DNA of 64,000 nucleotides. It comes from Octopus bimaculoides (Eukaryota). The DNA is taken from assembly GCF_001194135.2 (NCBI RefSeq), contig NC_068986.1, positions 72,381,218-72,445,217 on the forward strand, read 5' to 3'. The position numbers were made by a program, and so were the translations under genes. Below are positions 12,254 through 25,575 of the stretch, in pieces (the stretch's first letter is position 1; each line of letters opens with the position of its first letter). The notes below the pieces were generated by a model. That model was given only the letters and a program-made list of their open reading frames with translations. It was not told the origin of the DNA and made no database searches.

Positions 12254-13369
12254 TCAAGAGCAAAAACAGTCTAAAGACTGGGAAAAATATTCCAACTTAG
12301 GCAAAGGTTTTCAATCATGGGGTTCTTGACCCCATGGTTACTAAATGTGTTAGAACAAACTGTTTTGTGTCTGTATTTAACTGAAGACTCGAAATTCAAA
12401 CTTAAGGATGAACAAGTATTTACAATGAAAGACGACTTCACTTGCAGTTCCCAAAATTTGATATATGCCATGACATGTTGATGTTTGGAAAACTACATTG
12501 GACAGACTTGCGTATCACTACACAGAAGAATGAAGGTATATAAACAGATAAGTACTGAAAAATGTTTTAAAATCCATTAAGTGGACATATAGCAATATGT
12601 AAGAGAATGGAATTGCCTTACAAATGCTCAAACTCAGCCATGTAGTAACAACAGATGAACAAAGACAATTTATTATGAAATATAAATTCCATTTGAATGG
12701 CTGACAAATGATTTCTGTGAATTACAACAGAAAGAACACCAACATACATGTAGGCATACATATATTCACATACTAGTTAGATGTATACAATATATCACTA
12801 ATCTATGAATGTGTGTCTTTGTATATCATATAAAGGATATTCAATTTTTAAAAAAAATTATCTACATATCCTTCTTTCTAGCTTGTGCTAGATGACCACA
12901 CTAAGTACTTAAATATTTACAATCTACCTAGAGCCAAAATTCAACTAACCACTCCTTATCTTTTAAACTGACACCCTCAGTCTTTTCCCAACCTCAACAC
13001 TCTCACCTCTATTTATCTATCTATTTGATTTCCATTACTGTATGTGCCTGTCAATCTCTCTGAGTCAGTCTATTGTTCAAAAAATCTTAACCTGTCATTT
13101 AATTCCAGACTTAACACTCCTTACCTTACTATTTAAAAATAATAGCCTTTCACTTAATTTGCTATCCACCCACAACAGTTTCGACTCTATATATTTCTAT
13201 TGCTGTAGCTACTTTCTCATTTTCCTTTAATAAGCTCTTGATGAGCGAAACCAGTTGGAATATAAGGTAAAAAGATTTAATATATGTAAATGAAATATTA
13301 CACCAGTTTTTGTTTTAATCTTTCTAAACAGATTATGACAATTTTCTAACATTGTTGTGCATTTTCACC

Positions 13370-13375
13370 TATATA

Positions 13376-13432
<57 letters not shown>
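13370..13432. repeat. (TA)n microsatellite
   Basis: Direct reading; others at 1-29, 11990-12040 and 13895-13930. Confidence 0.95.
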
Positions 13433-13438
<6 letters not shown>

Positions 13439-13893
13439 CACACACACAAATATACAGACATACAGTGAGAGGAAAAAATAGGATAAACACAACATGCAGT
13501 TCGCTCTGCACATGTCACCAGTAACATTCATACATCTAACTTCATACAGGAACTACTACATATTTATATCTACACGTACTAGAACAATGTAGAAGTTAAG
13601 GAGTGAGTGTGGGACTAAAGACAAGGTTGTGTCAAGCATATTTGTAAATGTCATGAAGTAATTGTTACACTTATGATATTAATAAATTTAATGAAGTATG
13701 GTATATTTAATATTTTTATTCATTTCCTTTTTTACTGTTTATTGGATTGCAACCATGCTGGGAAATTACTTTCAAGGATTTAAGTTTGGTACTTATTTTT
13801 ATCAATGTGAATTTTGTAGAACCACCAGGTTATAGTACATCAACAACATTACTAGTTTTAAGTGGTATGCATATAAGCACGCATTTATATATA

Positions 13894-13930
<37 letters not shown>

Positions 13931-14372
13931 NNNNNNNNNNNNNNNNNNNNNNNNNNNNNNNNNNNNNNNNNNNNNNNNNNNNNNNNNNNNNNNNNNNNNN
14001 NNNNNNNNNNNNNNNNNNNNNNNNNNNNNNNNNNNNNNNNNNNNNNNNNNNNNNNNNNNNNNNNNNNNNNNNNNNNNNNNNNNNNNNNNNNNNNNNNNNN
14101 NNNNNNNNNNNNNNNNNNNNNNNNNNNNNNNNNNNNNNNNNNNNNNNNNNNNNNNNNNNNNNNNNNNNNNNNNNNNNNNNNNNNNNNNNNNNNNNNNNNN
14201 NNNNNNNNNNNNNNNNNNNNNNNNNNNNNNNNNNNNNNNNNNNNNNNNNNNNNNNNNNNNNNNNNNNNNNNNNNNNNNNNNNNNNNNNNNNNNNNNNNNN
14301 NNNNNNNNNNNNNNNNNNNNNNNNNNNNNNNNNNNNNNNNAATCACCATTGATCTATATTATATATTATATT

Positions 14373-14650
14373 GATTCAAGCGAGATCGTTGCCAGTGCCC
14401 CTGGACTGGCTCTTGTGCGGGTGGCACATAAAAGACACCATTTCGAGCGTGGCCGTTTTCGTGCGGGTGACACGTAAAAGCACCCACTACACTCTCTGAG
14501 TGGTTGGCGTTAGGAAGGGCATCCAGCTGTAGAAACTCTGCCAAATTAGATTGGAGCCTGGTGTTGCCATCCGGTTTCGCCAGTCCTCAGTCAAATCGTC
14601 CAACCTATGCTAGCATGGAAAGCGGACGTTAAACGATGATGATGATGATA
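14373..14650 (+). mobile_element. Repeat family B (SINE or RTE 3' end with (GAT)n tail)
   Basis: ...gctagcatggaaagcggacgttaaacgatgatgatgatga; near-identical inverted copies at 24711 and 59555. Confidence 0.85.
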
Positions 14651-15414
14651 TATATATATATACATACATACATACATGCATACATATGTTTCCATACATG
14701 AAGGCACATGGCCTGGTGGTTAGGCTGTTGCACTCAAGCTCGTGAGTTTGATTCTCGACTGGTTGGCACATTGTGATCAGCAATGGGTAACAACATTTGA
14801 TAGGCTGAGATTGATATTAGGTTGTTCTGAAAAAAAATGGCCGATTTCAGAAACATTAATTTTATTCTGGAAAAAATTAACAATAGAAATGTTTTGATTA
14901 CTCAAAGTATGAGCCGTGAACATCTATGCTTTTCTGCCATCAGTCAACAAGATTATTTATGCCTCTAGTGGTTGAAACAAGTAAAAGATACAGTCTTGCC
15001 TGTACCTATATTTACTGATATGTGGGGTAGCTTCTATACTTTGCTCATTTGAACTAGATTCAAGTCTAACCATATGAACTTCAATATGAAAATAAGACTA
15101 ATACATTGTGTTAAGATTCATTAAAGCTTTACAATGGCAGTTGTACATTATCTGAATATTATTATAGATAAATTATATCTTCATTTCCTTCTTGATGAAG
15201 TGGCAACAAGTTTATTACAAAGAATATAGCTTTCAGAGATGTTGTCCACTAAGCTTATTCATTTAATACTACCTATGTGAAGTTTTACACTATATAAAGA
15301 ATCAAGTGTTTCAAACAAAATACAATTTTATGGAGAGCAATGAATAGAACATCCTTGCTGGAGTTCTTTGATGAATCCTTCAACTACTGCTAAAATGGCA
15401 AAGTTATCTTCCAC

Positions 15415-15640
15415 AGGAGCCAGTCAGGTAGACCTGGCATCGATCACGTTCGGATAGTGCTTTTTACGTGCCACCGGCACAGGGCCAGCCAGGGAGTACT
15501 GGCATTGGCCATGTTTGGATGGTGGTTTTTACATGCCACTGGCATAGGAGCCAGTCAGGGGGTACTGGCATTGGCCACATTTTGATGGTGAATTTTACAT
15601 GCCACTGGTACAGCATGGAAGACGGATGTTAAACAATGAT
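15415..15640. mobile_element. Repeat family B, degenerate and rearranged
   Basis: tttttacgtgccaccggcac repeats followed by gcatggaagacggatgttaaacaatga. Confidence 0.55.
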
Positions 15641-17117
15641 TGTGTATTTGTCTTCAGGTTAATATTTGGAACATAAATTAAATGGAATTTTGATGGAAGA
15701 TTTTAATTTAGCTCTGTTTATAACATGAAGTTTGTAGCGTAGAACAAGGGGCAATCTCAGGCAGGTTGGTATCAAAAGGGTTTAGTGTGTAGTTACTGTT
15801 TTGTTAACTTAAATGTGATGTCAGCAAGGACACCTATACTATTTTAAAGATTCACTAAAACTTCTGAAAGTTCATGTCTGTTTCATAGTTAGGCTTCATT
15901 TTCAGTTACTTTTGTTTTCATTCTATTTACTACAATATTATTCATCAAAAATGGTGGGCTGGCAAAATTGTTAGCACACTAGTTGAAATGCTTAGCAGCA
16001 TTTCTTCCAGGTTTAAAATCAGTCAAGGTCAACTTTTCCTTTCATCCTTTCAGAGTCAATGAAATAAGTACTAGCCAAGTACTGGAGTTGATGTAATCAA
16101 CTGGTCCCCATCCCACCAAATGCTAGCCTTATGCCAAAATTTGAAGTTATTATTCTTCAAAGTAACTGACCCCTTTCACTATATAGATAGATACCTCAGA
16201 TATGAATGATGCATGAAAGAACTTGTAGTATTCTCATTTAGGAAACTGTATGGCTGATTTGTATGATAGTTGTTAGCTAATTTCATGAACTTGTCAATAT
16301 TGTTGCTATCTTGGGTTTAGAAACATAGTTGAATTGAATATTTGCATGAAGATTTGGTAATGCTGGATTTAATTTTTCAACCTAGTTATGTACACATTTT
16401 ATCTACTGACAGTGAATAGAATACCTTTTAACGTGTTTCTAGTTGTGACATTATAAGCCCTTTGATATCTGGAGATTTTAATTGTACACACATTTATGAA
16501 TTTCAGATTCTTAGTTCTCAAATGTTATTTGAATCTTCCTCATTATCATCATTTATCATCCATTTTTTATACTAGTATGGATTGGGTTAGTTCAACAGAA
16601 TCCGATGTGTTTGAGAAATATGTCATGTTCTAATGTCTGCTATGGCATGGTTTCTACATGCCCTGCTTAACATCACCCACTTTACAAAGCATACTTGGAA
16701 TTTTTTTTTTCTTTTTGTGGTACCTGCACTAGTGAAGTCACCATAAAACTTGAAAGATTGAAAGACTTAAAGGGGTCCCCTTAACTGAAGGAGGATGGGG
16801 GAGAGAGAGAGAGAGAGAGAGCTGAATTATTTTAGGCAGGTTGATGAAAGAGAGGTAAAGTATGATGAGCAACAGATTTATAGTTGTGAGAGCATGGTAG
16901 TAGAGAAAGTAATAAAGTGGATACTATCAGGAGAGAGAAGTGGGAAGAACATGAGAAAGGAAAGGAATTAGTATCAGGTGTTTGTGAACAAGATAGGGAC
17001 AGAATGGTAATGGTGAGGGTGATAAGGGGGTGTTATGTTGTGGTAGTGGGGGTGAGTAGCTAAGCTATCCCACATAAGAGTAAGTATGGATGGAAAGGGT
17101 GAAGGAAAGGGAACCTG

Positions 17118-17290
17118 AATTTTGGAATTTTCAAGTCTGCAATAGAAGTGCAGGTCTGGCCTTGTCCTCCTTTGTCAGTATTACTTGCAAATATCAAACA
17201 ATGAATATTGACATTCTTGCTGAAAGGAAAACTGTTTGCCAACACTGTAACGAAGACATGTTTTTGCCTGAAGCTATTATACAAATAGAG
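17118..17290 (-). mobile_element. Helitron/PIF1-helicase C-terminal motif relic, copy 1
   Basis: IFASNTDKGGQGQTCTSIADLK resembles the Helitron helicase motif AFAMTINKSQGQT..V.LDL. Confidence 0.45.
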
Positions 17291-18228
17291 GTAACTTCTG
17301 ATAGGTAAAGAGAGATTTCCTATATGAAGTGGGGTGAGTCTTATGGAACTACTTGTACTGTGTTTTAAACTGAGGATGGGGCAAAGAGACAAGCTGACAG
17401 AGTGTGTCACATATCTGCACATAGTCATCTCCCCCAATAAATTAGAAGAAATACAAGGGCCATTGTGAAAGACAAGATTATGTCAACTCTTAATTCTTTA
17501 CTTATGTGGCACAACATGGGCAGATATTCAGTGATGATAGCTCGAGACTGAGGATGAAGTGAATTTTTTAGTCATCTTTGTAGCTGCAACCAGTGATGCA
17601 ACTATCTAAGTTGTTTGAATAGGATCAGCTACTATTAGTTGCTTTCTCTCCACATTTGCCTTTCAAGACCTTAAGGCTAGAAAGTTGTGTTGCATGCACG
17701 TGACCCTTACATGTGACACAACTAAGTTTTCTGCCCTACATGACCAGTGTTATAACCCTTCTCTACATATCCTTTATGGAGCACAGCTCTGGAATCATTT
17801 TGTAGTCTTGGTGTGAAGGATGGAGTTATCATAACCTATAGAGATACCCACCCAGCTAAACTGTCTTGTTTTACCAGCTTGATACATGGTGAAATAAATT
17901 ACCGTTTTGGCCAGGAAACTCTGAGTAGCTGTATTTCACAAGGTTTTTTGTGGTTTTTAGTATAATTATATTTTTACTCTCTTAACTGATTGAATGATAT
18001 ACTACTTGTTGAAAATCTTACCACATAGAGAGGCATCCTTGCCTCTCCTCTTGTTTTTATCCATTCGTACACATTTTACAACACATAACACAACATTACA
18101 GCTTACATAAAAGAGACCTTTGCTTCACATAGGAAATATTTATTTACTTAGCTTTATTTGTATGTTTTAAAGCAAAGACATTTTTTTTTCATTACATAGT
18201 GTAGCCAAACTTTTTTCTTTCATCTAAA

Positions 18229-18350
18229 CAGTATTTATTGCTTATCAATTGCAGGTAATATCAACAAAGGACAAGGCCAGACCTGCACTTTTGTTGCTGA
18301 CTTGAAAAGTCCAAAATTATTTTCATTTGGCAAAATGCAGTGTTGTCAAA
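18229..18350 (+). mobile_element. Helitron/PIF1-helicase C-terminal motif relic, copy 2
   Basis: SIAGNINKGQGQTCTFVADLKSPKLFSFGK resembles TINKSQGQT...DLRxPVFSHGQ. Inverted homolog of 17118-17210. Confidence 0.5.
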
Positions 18351-19389
18351 TGTGTAATTAATTTTTCATTGATGTGAAGAATTTTAATAATGACTTAACA
18401 GCAACAACATACATTTTTTGTTTTCTGAAAGTGCAATTGCTGCTAAACTATTCTTGTTAGTTTTCTTTGTGATTTTTTATGTTTAAGTTTCCATATTAAT
18501 TGTTTATGTTCAGCTTCCTTATTTTTTTGTTTAGGTAGATGTTCTACATCACCATGTTGTGTGCATGTATATATATGTGTGTGTAGCCCCACCCCCAATG
18601 CCTGAAAATTAACCTTTTTTTTTTTTTTGAACCTCCTATGAGCAAACTTCCAAGCTATCAAAAAACTTCCTGTATGAGGATAAATTCAAAAAGAAATATT
18701 TTGCAATTTACTTTCACTTAGTAAATCCATAATCTTCATGATCAATAAGAAAGCAAGTCTGAACACATTGACAGCAAGTAGTAAAAATGATAAATGTAGC
18801 TACAGTATTTATAATTGAAAGAGTGATGTAATGTGTGTGTACTTGGATGTGTCAGTATAAAAATCATCCTGTCCTATAGTGTTTATTCAAATATGGTCGT
18901 AATCACATACAATCCTTTACAGTCAGAAGTTTTACCTATCTGAATAACCAAGCTGTTACGTCAAACTAGCTGCCACCTTAAACAGACCTAATCTCTTGCA
19001 ATCACACAAAGCACATGTGATAGTATTAACACAACAATGACATCATGTAGCCTAAAAATAGATTGATTTAATACGTTTTTTCTTTTTTATTCAAGAACCT
19101 TGCTTAATATTAATTGCTATCTTTGTCCTTTAACAGTTGTCAAATCAATCATTATTTATAGGTTCTAGAATATCATTCAAAACTTGAGAGACTGGTTTTT
19201 GTATTTGGATCACTATCAATATTTGTGTCATTATTTGCTCTGCATGACCTAATATACACTGTTCAGCCCTTAAAAATCACAGCTGTCTTATTTCCTGTTT
19301 GCTATATAAATATAGCATATAAATGTGGCTTGGTTTTTTTTTTTACCCCTTTTTTATTCTGGCATTGATACCAAACTGGAACTGCAGTT

Positions 19390-21260
19390 TCATAAAACAC
19401 TGTACTTGGTGATTGTACTCATCTGCCCAATAAAACAGATGAACAAAACAGGTTTTTTGAGTGAGGAATTCTCCAATAACTCAAAAATGTGACCAGTCTT
19501 TCAGCAATTTCATTTGATTTTGGAATGTACAGAGGCATTTTCATGAGTTTACATCATATCTTATAAAGCTGTGTACATAAGTCATTATCTCAAAATTTAT
19601 AAGCAAACACAGTTCTTAATATCTGTCTCCCTCTCTCTTATTATATCATTACTTCTGGCCGTCCAGGATGTGCATCATAAATATTAAGAAGAGTCCATAA
19701 TTCTTGACATAAGGGTTGTTCATATGCAAGTGTATCCATGCTTAATTTCCTTTTAATTTATGTGTGCATTGTGTGAGGTAATCCTAGTTTTATTCTGACA
19801 CATATCAAATATTGTAACCTGGTCACATTGCTTTTTTTTTTATTTCAATCAATTCCTCATTGGTGTTGAGCTACAATGTACATCATGATGCACACATTTT
19901 ATCATTTGTGTTTCAAAACAGGTTATACCATTTTCAACTGTTAGCTTAATAACTGCAATTGTCTGTCAGCAACAGAAAAATTGCATCAATTATTATTAAA
20001 AATCCTAAATATCCATCCATCTACTCATTTTTACTGCCCACTATTCCTGGATGGGTTATGAGGTAGAGTCCTTGCACACTTCCTCCATCAGACACAACTA
20101 AAATTACACTTTCTTTCTGGATTCCCAAGCATGATCAACTGAGACAATAGATAGTATCGAACCATCTCACTCTTGGTCTATCCCTGGGTCTCCTACCAGT
20201 TGCTTAGCTTGAAGAATCTGTGTTGCAGTCCTTTCCTATGTTTCTAACTACATGTCCAAGTACCAGAGTTGTGACCTCTCAATGCAGAGAACAGCTCATT
20301 CTGGAATTACTCCTTGATCTCCAAGCTATGCACCCCATCAAGTAACTTCAGAAGACCTCTTTTTGACTGCTTGTATTCATGATCATACTCTTTCAGTCAT
20401 TACCCACCATTCTTGACCATAGATGAAGATTGGCATAGAAACTGAATTGAAGATAGCAAGTCTGGCTGTTTTATCAACCTCTCCTCTTCTGAGGAACAAA
20501 TGTTGAAGCTTACACATTTCTGTGCCAGCGCTGCAGTTCTAACATTCAAATCCTCCTCCGTGGTGAAATAACATTGGTAGTTTCCAACTTTATATTTTCA
20601 TATTTTATGACATCAGTTTTTGCATGACTGATGAAAAGATACATTTTCATGACCCTCTCTATTCTAACCAACATCATTAATGAATTCCAATTGTACATCA
20701 ACATATGATATTTGAGTATCCTTTAACATACTCATAATCAACTTATGTTGGTTATAAGGCTCATTTGATAATAGAAGCAAATGTTAATTTTGGGAAACAA
20801 AGTTATCTAGATAATTCTAGTGGCTTATTTGAGAACAATAAAAATTTTCAGTCAAGCCAAAAGTGCCATTGTCTTTGAGAGTAAGACTTTTCTTTTAATT
20901 TTTGAGTATTTTCTTTCTGTTGACATATATGATACAGCCTTTTTATTTGCATCGATCATGTAAGGTAACTCTTTTGCAGCATTGGAAATATGGACTACTG
21001 GCTTTGATACTTACATCAGCTTTTTATGTTCAAATGTCTTTTGTTGTTGACTGCCTTTAAAAATGAGATACCATGTTTACAAACTGATGCAAGCAGTGAT
21101 ATACAATCTGAATAATGGTCTGTAAGTCTTCCATAGAAATTAACAAGTCTGAGAAAAGATTTGAATTGCTTCTTTGGCAGTTCTACATCCACAATTCTCA
21201 CTCTTAAACAATGATATACCCTTTGTCTCTCACCGAAAGACAATTTATGAATCTCTAACA
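19390..21260 (-). mobile_element. Ty3/Gypsy pol relic (RT-RNaseH-integrase order)
   Basis: Minus-strand segments in order: LPKKQFKSFLRLVNFYGRL (RT connection), TERKYSKIKRK and KFLLFSNKPL (RNase H), LTVENGI, YDAHPGRPEV, HSKINEIAERLV and YWRIPHS...LLGR (integrase). Many stops and frameshifts; no LTRs seen. Confidence 0.7.
20080..20570 (-). mobile_element. RTE-clade LINE 3' fragment nested in the Gypsy relic
   Basis: Lies between the RNase H and integrase segments. Minus strand resembles an RTE RT C-terminus and RPRGRP-type tail (ggtaggagacccagggatagacc). Confidence 0.5.
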
Positions 21261-22019
21261 CAAATTTAGCTTGATTGGTGATTGATCACCACACTTATTT
21301 ATTTCAACCTTTTTATGATTTATCTATCTTTGTAAGTAAATTTGTTTAAGCACTACTGTGATGTATTATTTTGTAAACAGAAACATTATCGATGTTATTT
21401 CCAAAATGTTCAGTTACTCTCTAACACATAGTATTGACATTTTAATTTCTTACAGAAGATATGTCCAAATTAAAGACCAATTTGTCTGTTTATTGTAAAA
21501 AAATTCTCTTACTTCAGGATATAAATAATTTCTAGTAGAAGATATGCCTCCTTTAAATCCAATTAAGCAAAATAATTCATGCCAGATAGCGAATGAAATA
21601 TTGATTCAGTACAGGGATTTAGGTAAGAATCTGAAGAAACACTTCCATTTACATCAATTTCATTGTCTCCATATATTTGGAGATTTCTCTACCTGTTGAA
21701 CAACCACTTAAAGAGAAACCCATTTACTGCTACTGGCATAAACTTCTAAAAGTTCTTCATTAATTATTTTCTCCTGCCTCACTATGATTCATGATTAAAT
21801 GTGTATAAAGAATGATCTTGCATTATAAGAATTTCATCTAATATTTCCTCTGAGCAGAATATTAGCCTTAAAGCATCTTACTCTTTCAAATTATCTTGGG
21901 AGTTCATTTGTATGAATTAATGTTGAACTATCTGCATTTGACTGAGCCAAGAATTTTTCTTTTTTTTTTTACACTTTTCCTATTAGCTTCCATTAATACA
22001 GCAAATTTCCTCCAAACTT

Positions 22020-22370
22020 TGCTTCTTAACCATAGTTTCAGGTTCAGTCCCACTGCATGGCACCTTGGGCAAATGTCTTCTGCTATAGTCCCAGGTTGGT
22101 GGATTTGATAGATGGAAATTGAAAGAAGCCCATTGCATACATGTGTGTGTGTCTCCCCTTGTTTTGACATTGAATGATTGTTGTAAATGAATGCCATACA
22201 AATAGTGATATTAATTCTCGATATGCTGTAAAAATATATCTATGGGAAAATATTACCTTACTTGGAAACAGGTAAAAGTTGGTGACTGCAAAGGCATCTG
22301 GATGTAGAAAATCTGCCTCAGTAAACCCATACAAGCAATGGAAAGTAGACATTAAAATGATAATGTTGAT
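22020..22370 (+). mobile_element. SINE family A-related
   Basis: caggttcagtcccactgcatggcaccttgggcaaatgtcttctgctatag head. Confidence 0.7.
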
Positions 22371-24174
22371 GATGACATTAATTGGATGATGTAATAGAAG
22401 AAATGGTACTATTAATAGGTATCATTGTAGAGCTCCATAGAAGGGGCGATGAGCACAGTTTGACCACACAAAAACCTACTTTTTGCTTGATCAAACATTG
22501 GGACAAACATTATGAATAAGTGGAAATATTAGGGTGTTTGAGATGACCTGGCATGATATGAGGGAGTTTGATTTTGATCAAAAGTAGACGCGAAGAAAAT
22601 TCGCATCCAGAGCTTTCAACTGATATATAGATGTCCTTAGAAAAAATATATTTTGATATGAAAATGATCAAGCAAAAGGTGGGCTTTTGCATGATCAAAC
22701 TGTGCATGTTGGCTCTCTTCAGAGTTCTACAGGGATACCTATTAAATGTATCATAAAACTCCAAACTTATAGAAAGGATTCAGTTTTATATCCCTTACCA
22801 GTGTATTAAAACTGAGCCCCTTACAGATAACAGGTCACGATTTAGCCATGTATGGAAAGCTTGTGACGGCCTTTAATCATTGTCATTTGAATAGCAGAGT
22901 TTTGGATCAGGATGCCCACATAAGTTGGATTTTCTTCATTGTGACAGGGATTTTTCCAATTTTTTTTTCACTACACCCTTGGAAATGATGGAAACTTTTG
23001 AAAATTTATGATTTTTCTCACACTCCTTCCTCCCCCCCTGCCTCCAAACTGATTTTGGCCAATTCTGTTTGCACAATGCACTTCAAAACAATGGGAGAAG
23101 CCTTTTTTGGTTTAAAAAAAAAACATATCCAAAAATAGTTTCCGATGAAAAGATGTGATTTAAGGTAGATTTTCTTTTGACTACCTGGTACTGTCTTTGT
23201 TTCTTTGTCACTCTGACATGCAATGATGTTTTTCAATATTTTTCTCCCCACAAAAAATACATTTTATGGAATGATAATGCGGAAATAGCACACAGTTTTG
23301 TTTAACCCAGGGATGATCCATTGCTGGGATTTAAGCAACAAAAAGAAAAAGATTTTGTAATTTAAATTTTTTAATTCTCCTCCACCCCCACCACACCAAG
23401 CGTGTGTGTGACAAAAAACATATTTACTAACATAAAAAGTATGCTGTTAGAATAAATTATTTTTTACAAACCTTTTTTTAAATCACTGTGAATAAATCCC
23501 AGCAATGACCTTCTCAGTCTCTCCACAGAAATAAAAGGGGCTAAGTGAAAAAAAATCATAAATTTTCAAGACAAAATTTTTTTAATAGCATACTTTTCAG
23601 TTAGTCAATATGTTTTTACTTACACACAGTTTTTTTACACGTTCAGTTATTCTCATTTTTTCTTTCGACATTGTCCTGATCTTGGATCACCTGTATATAT
23701 AACCTAATGCTTTTCTACTGTTCATTGGTATTTCCACTTTATCATAGACAGTCTTTTTCCTTAATGCTTCACTATCACTTGAACAGGAAATATGCAGTGT
23801 TTATGTCACCTAGTTTAAAACGCTAATGGATTGACATTTCCTTCCTTTAACCACTGAAGCATTTAGTATGTTGATATGCCTTACAAAATAAACTACCTGT
23901 TTGTTTTGACTAACTATTGAATTTTTTATGTAGGCTCCACAGATGTTGGCCCATAATTATGGATTTTCATAAGCTGGACATTTGTGACTTGGGATTAACT
24001 GTATAATTAACTTTGCTTGAATTCAATCACATCATAACATACCAAATATGAATTAAATGTCATGTACTGAAATGTTTCACGATAATATTTTAAGTAGAAT
24101 TATGTCTAGTGGGAGAAATAATGCAGTGGCTTTAACATTACCATCTTTTTGTTTTTCTCTTGTTTCAATATTTA

Positions 24175-24518
24175 GACTGCGGCCATGCTGGGACACCACA
24201 TTGAATTTTAGTCAAACAGATCAACCTCAGTGCTTTTTATTTTCTTTTTGTGAAGCCTGGTACTTATTCTATCAGCGTGTTTTGAGGAACAACTAAGTTA
24301 CAGAGATGTGAACACACCAATACTAGTTGTCAAGCAGTTGGGGCAACAACACATGCACAAAGACACACACACATACACACAGATATATATACAGTGGGCT
24401 TCTTTCAGTTTCCATCTAACAAATCCACTCACAAAGTTTTAGTCAGCCCAAGACTATAGTAGAAGACACTTGTCCAAAGTGCCATGTTGTTGGGAAGCAA
24501 ACATCTTACCACACAGCT
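24175..24518 (-). mobile_element. SINE family A, minus orientation
   Basis: gactgcggccatgctgg...gggaagcaaacatcttaccacacagc is the reverse complement of family A. Confidence 0.8.
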
Positions 24519-24559
24519 ACTGAAAATTTAATTTAATCTAAGCTTGTATTTGGAACATA

Positions 24560-24713
24560 AGTACTCCACTAGCTACTCATCAGGCTGAAGATCCCTTAGT
24601 TAAATGAAGGTTACATTGTTGTCAAGGGATTCTAAGTTAACTTGCCAGAGATGTAATTTAAAATGAGTGGTGAAGCTGGAAGAATAGAGTGAAAAAACAA
24701 AATAGAAAAACAT
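24560..24713. repeat. Left arm of ~150-bp inverted repeat flanking BLOC1S2
   Basis: agtactccactagctactcatcaggctgaag...gaaaaaacaaaatagaaaaacat is the reverse complement of 25909-26059, roughly 85% identical by manual alignment. Interrupted at 24711 by a SINE tail. Confidence 0.9.
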
Positions 24714-24881
24714 CATCATCATCATCATCATCGTCGTTTAACGTCCGCTTTCCATGCTAGCATGGGTTGGACGATTTGACTGAGGACTGGTGAAACCGGA
24801 TGGCAACACCAGGCTCCAATCTAATTTGGCAGAGTTTCTACAGCTGGATGCCCTTCCTAACGCCAACCATTCAGAGTGTAG
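24711..24881 (-). mobile_element. Repeat family B, young copy truncated by gap
   Basis: catcatcatc...gtcgtttaacgtccgctttccatgctagcatgggttgg; inserted at the inner end of the left inverted-repeat arm. Confidence 0.85.
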
Positions 24882-25575
24882 NNNNNNNNNNNNNNNNNNN
24901 NNNNNNNNNNNNNNNNNNNNNNNNNNNNNNNNNNNNNNNNNNNNNNNNNNNNNNNNNNNNNNNNNNNNNNNNNNNNNNNNNNNNNNNNNNNNNNNNNNNN
25001 NNNNNNNNNNNNNNNNNNNNNNNNNNNNNNNNNNNNNNNNNNNNNNNNNNNNNNNNNNNNNNNNNNNNNNNNNNNNNNNNNNNNNNNNNNNNNNNNNNNN
25101 NNNNNNNNNNNNNNNNNNNNNNNNNNNNNNNNNNNNNNNNNNNNNNNNNNNNNNNNNNNNNNNNNNNNNNNNNNNNNNNNNNNNNNNNNNNNNNNNNNNN
25201 NNNNNNNNNNNNNNNNNNNNNNNNNNNNNNNNNNNNNNNNNNNNNNNNNNNNNNNNNNNNNNNNNNNNNNNNNNNNNNNNNNNNNNNNNNNNNNNNNNNN
25301 NNNNNNNNNNNNNNNNNNNNNNNNNNNNNNNNNNNNNNNNNNNNNNNNNNNNNNNNNNNNNNNNNNNNNNNNNNNNNNNNNNNNNNNNNNNNNNNNNNNN
25401 NNNNNNNNNNNNNNNNNNNNNNNNNNNNNNNNNNNNNNNNNNNNNNNNNNNNNNNNNNNNNNNNNNNNNNNNNNNNNNNNNNNNNNNNNNNNNNNNNNNN
25501 NNNNNNNNNNNNNNNNNNNNNNNNNNNNNNNNNNNNNNNNNNNNNNNNNNNNNNNNNNNNNNNNNNNNNNNNNNN
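24882..25575. other. Assembly gap hiding the 3' end of BLOC1S2
   Basis: 694 N; other large gaps at 13931-14340 and 55694-56088. Confidence 1.

Noticed and set aside
4808-24559. Search for downstream BLOC1S2 exons (LQPYLDQI...KLDAYSKKLE-like) on the minus strand
   Set aside because: None recognised by eye; the remainder most likely lies in the 694-N gap. A TBLASTN would settle it.
24738-25575. 368-aa ORF 24738-25844 as a long BLOC1S2 isoform
   Set aside because: Length is produced by the N run; the C-terminal LHSEWLALGRASSCRNS... is a reading of the family B repeat.
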